Of a stretch of DNA of 64,000 nucleotides, positions 60,627-64,000 are shown in pieces; position 1 is the first letter of the stretch; every line of letters starts with the position of its first letter. The notes under the pieces are model-generated. The model searched no databases. It saw nothing but the letters and a program-made list of their open reading frames with translations, and was not told where the DNA came from. A program made the position numbers and the translations under genes. The stretch lies in IMG/VR virus record IMGVR_UViG_3300050821_014614. One strand, written 5' to 3'. The stretch comes from a virus.

Positions 60627-61108
60627 CGCGCCGCCGCGGCCGACAGATATCCGTTCCCGTTGATCGATTCCACCAGCTCATCGAAAAGCTCATCCGGGCC
60701 GTTCTCGACCAGTAGCGCCGCGCTGGCAGCTTTCCCGTCATAAGTCAGCGCTTCCGCGCCGCCGAAACTCTTCACGGCCGCCATGATGAACGCCGGATGA
60801 ATCTGCGCACGCACCAGCGCGGAGGCCTCATCGCTGATAGCCTGCAGCTCCATAGCCAGCACCAGGGTTTCGCCCCGGAGTTCCGCTTCGATCGGCCGGC
60901 CTTCCTCATCTCTCGGCGACAGCGCGATCGCCGCGACGAGTTTTTGCCGCACGTCTTCATGGCGCATCGATAGCTCGCGCTGCTTCGCGCGGGCAGCGGA
61001 AACGGAAAGCTCCACTTCCGCGCGGCGTTTCGGCCCCATTCGTTTCAGGGTCACGATAACGCCCGGGAAGGCGGTCGATTCGAGCGTGTAAGTCGATTTG
61101 AAATCCAT
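60518..61108 (-). CDS. tail assembly chaperone (G-like)
   Basis: 196 aa between the tail tube and tape measure genes; contains the slippery site near its 3-prime end. Confidence 0.6.
   Translation of the reverse strand: MDFKSTYTLESTAFPGVIVTLKRMGPKRRAEVELSVSAARAKQRELSMRHEDVRQKLVAAIALSPRDEEGRPIEAELRGETLVLAMELQAISDEASALVRAQIHPAFIMAAVKSFGGAEALTYDGKAASAALLVENGPDELFDELVESINGNGYLSAAAARNLPLPSTSGAQADGELTSTIAPPANPADSTLPAAA
60620..60626 (-). promoter_or_regulatory. programmed -1 frameshift slippery heptamer A_AAT_TTA
   Basis: In the zero frame of ORF 60518-61108 (codons CGA AAT TTA = R161 N162 L163); AAA TTT in the -1 frame. Confidence 0.5.
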
Positions 61109-61164
61109 TGGTCCTTTTTGAATGCGAATATCAGGTAGTGACCGAAGCCGAGGTAATAGACCTG

Positions 61165-61332
61165 ATGGTGTCGAGCCGTTCCGATGAGGAATGGAATGCC
61201 AACTGCGATGCGGTCAAGCTTCTGTTTGGCGGCTACTATCCGGACTTTTGGTACGCCGCGATCATCCGGTCCGGCTGCATGGCTCTGACCGTCGCGGGCT
61301 TTAAGTCAGCACCATATTCATTTCGTCCGTGA
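61165..61332 (+). CDS. opposite-strand small ORF
   Basis: MVSSRSDEEWNANCDAVKLLFGGYYPDFWYAAIIRSG... looks protein-like; lies in the gap between tail tube and chaperone genes; TTG 61108 is an alternative start. Confidence 0.4.
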   Translation: MVSSRSDEEWNANCDAVKLLFGGYYPDFWYAAIIRSGCMALTVAGFKSAPYSFRP

Positions 61333-62374
61333 CCGTGATGCTCGTTGCGTTCGCGCCCGAGCTGCCGAACTTGATGTTCAGGCCCGCGCCCGACTCTTCC
61401 CATGAATTCGCGCCGATCTGAACGTTGTTCAGGTTGATCGTCACGATGGAGCCGGCCACATTGCCGAATGTGAACGCCAGCGTTTGCGGCGCCTTCGTGA
61501 AGGCGGCCGCCTTCAGCGCGTTCAGGAGCGTGGAATCGGAATCGATGCAGGTGATGTTCGATACCGAAATCAGGCGCTCGCCGCCGAGGAAGCCGATCGT
61601 ATACGGATCGGTTACCGCATCGGACACACCTTCAACTCCCATCTCCATGTTGATTTCCGCGGTTCCGCGGACTTCATAAACCGTCGAGCCGCCGATCGAG
61701 AAGCCGGCGCCCGAGCCGAAGCCCGGAAGAATGTTGCCGTTGACTGTGACGGTCGGCTCCGCAGGGAAGGTGGTCAGGCCGCTCGCCTGAGAGCCCTTAC
61801 CCGCGAGCGGAGCATCGAAGCCGCTATAGGGGAAATTGACGCTGTCGCCGACACCCACGGCGCCGCCCGAAATTTCCATGTCGAGGAAATTCGCGCCGCC
61901 CGTAAACTTCACGCTCTGCGGAATGGCGCCCATAACGTAACGGTTGGTCGGATTCGTGAGCCCGGGCGTCTTGTTGTAGTCGAGGAAAAGCAGATAGTTC
62001 AGTGCGTCGGTCAGGCTATACGTCACGCTCACGCCCGCGGAGACCGCTCCCGTGGCGCCGAAGATGGCCTGCAGGATCGGATCGTCATCCGGACGCGTGC
62101 CCGCGGCGCCGGACGGGAAGAACGGCTTCTGGAGCGTCCACGAACCGCCCTGGCGGCCGCGAATTCCCTTCAGGCGCGACCGAAAGCCGGTCTTATATGT
62201 CGGTGAGTTCAGCCCGTTACCGGCGATCGGGCCGAAGGTATTGAAGCGGACCCGTTGAGCCGCGGCAGACGTCCAGACGCCTGTCGTGTTGGGTATAGTG
62301 CGCGGATCGGTGATGATCTGTGCATAGAGCGTTCTGTCGCGCGAATTGCTGAGATTCAGAGCGTAGTAGGACAT
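61301..62374 (-). CDS. major tail (tube) protein
   Basis: 357 aa immediately upstream of the chaperone/tape-measure set; position-based call. Confidence 0.55.
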   Translation of the reverse strand: MSYYALNLSNSRDRTLYAQIITDPRTIPNTTGVWTSAAAQRVRFNTFGPIAGNGLNSPTYKTGFRSRLKGIRGRQGGSWTLQKPFFPSGAAGTRPDDDPILQAIFGATGAVSAGVSVTYSLTDALNYLLFLDYNKTPGLTNPTNRYVMGAIPQSVKFTGGANFLDMEISGGAVGVGDSVNFPYSGFDAPLAGKGSQASGLTTFPAEPTVTVNGNILPGFGSGAGFSIGGSTVYEVRGTAEINMEMGVEGVSDAVTDPYTIGFLGGERLISVSNITCIDSDSTLLNALKAAAFTKAPQTLAFTFGNVAGSIVTINLNNVQIGANSWEESGAGLNIKFGSSGANATSITVTDEMNMVLT

Positions 62375-62474
62375 GTTTTGGTTTTTCCTTTAGGCCCGGC
62401 GGGCGCCGGGGTGAGATAGGTTGCGCGGGAACCGCCTCGCGTGGTTTGTTGAAGATCTGTGAGAGAGTTGAGCT

Positions 62475-62882
62475 ATGAGCGAATTCAGGTTTTTCGGAAG
62501 CGAAACGATCCTGCCCGGCGACATCGCGCTTTCGCGCTATGGGCAGATCGTCGAAATGGAGCCGGCTGCCGCAACCGCTCTGATCGTGGCGTCGCCGCCC
62601 GCACTATTGCTTCCGGCGGATCTGTGGGATGAGATCTTCCTGCCCGGGCCCGAGACCGACGCCGAGCTGGCTAAATGGGCCTCCGCGACGATCCACGCGA
62701 CCGTGCCCTCGGCTGATACGAATGCGCCCGGGGAGTTCCTCGCGCGTACTAAGGCTGTGCGCGACGCCTATCACGAATTCCGGCAAGGCCTGCTCGAATC
62801 CGTGGTGAAAGCCGCCAAAGATGGAACGCTGAAGACCACATTCGCCGAGGACCGCAAAACGGCTCCCGAACCGAAGCCGTGA
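62475..62882 (+). CDS. opposite-strand moron, hypothetical protein
   Basis: 135 aa plus-strand ORF divergent from the tail tube gene. Confidence 0.5.
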   Translation: MSEFRFFGSETILPGDIALSRYGQIVEMEPAAATALIVASPPALLLPADLWDEIFLPGPETDAELAKWASATIHATVPSADTNAPGEFLARTKAVRDAYHEFRQGLLESVVKAAKDGTLKTTFAEDRKTAPEPKP

Positions 62883-63070
62883 CAGCCCCGGGCAAATTGC
62901 AATGGCATCATTTCGACCCTGACGATGCGCCTGAGGTCCTGACCTCGATATCGCCGGAGTGCCAGGAGGGCCGTCACGCCGAGTGCCCCGGTATATACAA
63001 AGATCCCGACGCCGGCGGAGAGCTTATATTCTGCGTTCATCCGTGGCACAAGCTGCCCGGAGCCTGCTAG
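62879..63070 (+). CDS. opposite-strand moron, small Cys/His-rich protein
   Basis: 63 aa; CQEGRHAECPG...CVHPWH; 4-nt overlap with the previous ORF. Confidence 0.45.
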   Translation: MTAPGKLQWHHFDPDDAPEVLTSISPECQEGRHAECPGIYKDPDAGGELIFCVHPWHKLPGAC

Positions 63071-63603
63071 CCTCCGATATAGGCTTCGAACTGAGCGACG
63101 AATTTAATCGGCACGATCCAGTTCTCGCCGTCCTGTCCGCATTTACCCCGCGTGGATGAAATCTCGAACGCGTAGAGCTTCCCGGATCCCGTCAGATTCG
63201 CCTGTGCGCTGAAGCTGTTCATCGTGGTGATCATGGCGTCTTCGCCGGCATCCGCCCACGGCTCGAAATCGCGTACCTTCTCGCCCAGCACGCCCATATA
63301 CAGATCGAGATTGATCCGCACGTTGCCGGACCAGGTGGCATTGAAGAGCTTCTGATTGCCGCCGGCCACGAACGGGGCCGCGCCGGCGCCATACACCGCG
63401 AGCAGATTCAGATTCGCGACGCCCGAGTCTTCCGTGTCCACGTAAGCGATATTCGCCTGGATGACATTCTTACTTCCAGGTTGAAAATTGAAAACCACTG
63501 CGGGCACTCCATACGCTATGCACGAGGCGGCCAGATTAGGATTCAGCGCGAGCGACAGCTGCGCCATGACCGCGGCGCGCACAAGCGCAATGGGTGATGT
63601 CAC
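63067..63603 (-). CDS. tail completion/terminator-like protein (position-based)
   Basis: 178 aa upstream of the tail tube gene on the same strand. Confidence 0.4.
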   Translation of the reverse strand: MTSPIALVRAAVMAQLSLALNPNLAASCIAYGVPAVVFNFQPGSKNVIQANIAYVDTEDSGVANLNLLAVYGAGAAPFVAGGNQKLFNATWSGNVRINLDLYMGVLGEKVRDFEPWADAGEDAMITTMNSFSAQANLTGSGKLYAFEISSTRGKCGQDGENWIVPIKFVAQFEAYIGG

Positions 63604-63941
63604 GCCGCGCGGCCCCGCATGCGCATTTCGCTTCTCGCACCCATGTCGTTTTCCATCTCGTGAACGTCCTGATCGGAGGCGTCGAAAAAATGCCGGCGGG
63701 GCATCGTAAGGGTTGCCTTCGCGGCCTTCAGCCGGCGCGCATTACGCGGTTTGTAGCCGTAAGACGCTTCCTCGAATCCGCCATATCCGAGCCGTGTTCG
63801 AATCGTCGCGCCCTCGTTGTGGACTTCCGCCAGCAGCGCTGCGCGTTCATCGTAAAACGCCAGGCTGCCGTTGACCGCTCGCGTGTTCGAATCGCCGTCG
63901 TCGGTCAGGGATCCGGCAGTGGCCATAATCGCCTGCAGCAT
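63600..63941 (-). CDS. head-tail joining protein (position-based)
   Basis: 113 aa; 4-nt overlap with the next gene. Confidence 0.4.
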   Translation of the reverse strand: MLQAIMATAGSLTDDGDSNTRAVNGSLAFYDERAALLAEVHNEGATIRTRLGYGGFEEASYGYKPRNARRLKAAKATLTMPRRHFFDASDQDVHEMENDMGARSEMRMRGRAA

Positions 63942-64000
63942 GTGCGGAGCGTTGCGGCCGCGCAGATCGACGGTGCCTGCGCTGCGTCCGAATTTCTCCT

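Larger units (their letters stand above)
1..64000. mobile_element. tailed-phage genome or prophage segment, siphovirus-like (tape measure present, no sheath gene seen)
   Basis: Terminase, portal, scaffold, capsid, lysis, tail chaperone frameshift, tape measure, tail hub, recombinases, replication genes and many small coupled ORFs; no housekeeping genes recognised. Confidence 0.85.

Overview
GC-rich window that reads as a nearly complete siphovirus-like tailed-phage genome or prophage. I recognised no housekeeping genes, rRNA, tRNA or CRISPR array. The host is possibly an acidobacterium-like Gram-negative; this is a guess from GC content and the recurring ...FAQ/FGQ signal-peptide ends. All functional calls rest on motifs read by eye and on gene order; no searches were run.

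Layout:
(1) 13.6 kb to 0.1 kb, minus strand: a tightly coupled late block. It runs NusG/RfaH-like paralog, micro-membrane proteins, sigma factor, exported proteins, CX5R phosphatase, class-3 lipase, M15 endolysin, TerS/TerL, portal, scaffold, P22-coat-like capsid.
(2) 14 to 23.4 kb, plus strand: an early block behind a divergent switch region rich in TTGCA sites. It holds a double-HTH protein, a HerA/FtsK-like ATPase, a secreted collagen-like protein and two LuxR-type HTH paralogs.
(3) 23.6 to 25.6 kb: a sigma factor with a C-terminal extension, a divergent XRE regulator and a 537-bp palindrome-rich gap.
(4) 29.0 to 25.6 kb, minus strand: a coupled replication operon.
(5) 29 to 46 kb: two tyrosine recombinases and about 60 small ORFs, mostly of unknown function.
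(6) 46.4 to 64 kb, minus strand: a tail module. It runs tail tube, G/GT chaperone with an A_AAT_TTA slippery site, tape measure, distal tail protein, 1315-aa hub and a beta-helix spike. It ends in a separately promoted four-gene operon of signal-peptide-bearing fibre-like proteins.

Most notable observations:
- A phage NusG paralog plus a 44-bp motif found three times.
- An unusually high number of exported proteins (13).
- A lipase and phosphatase next to the lysis genes.
- Two phage sigma factors.
- Pervasive NTGA start/stop coupling with many sub-60-aa ORFs missing from the track.
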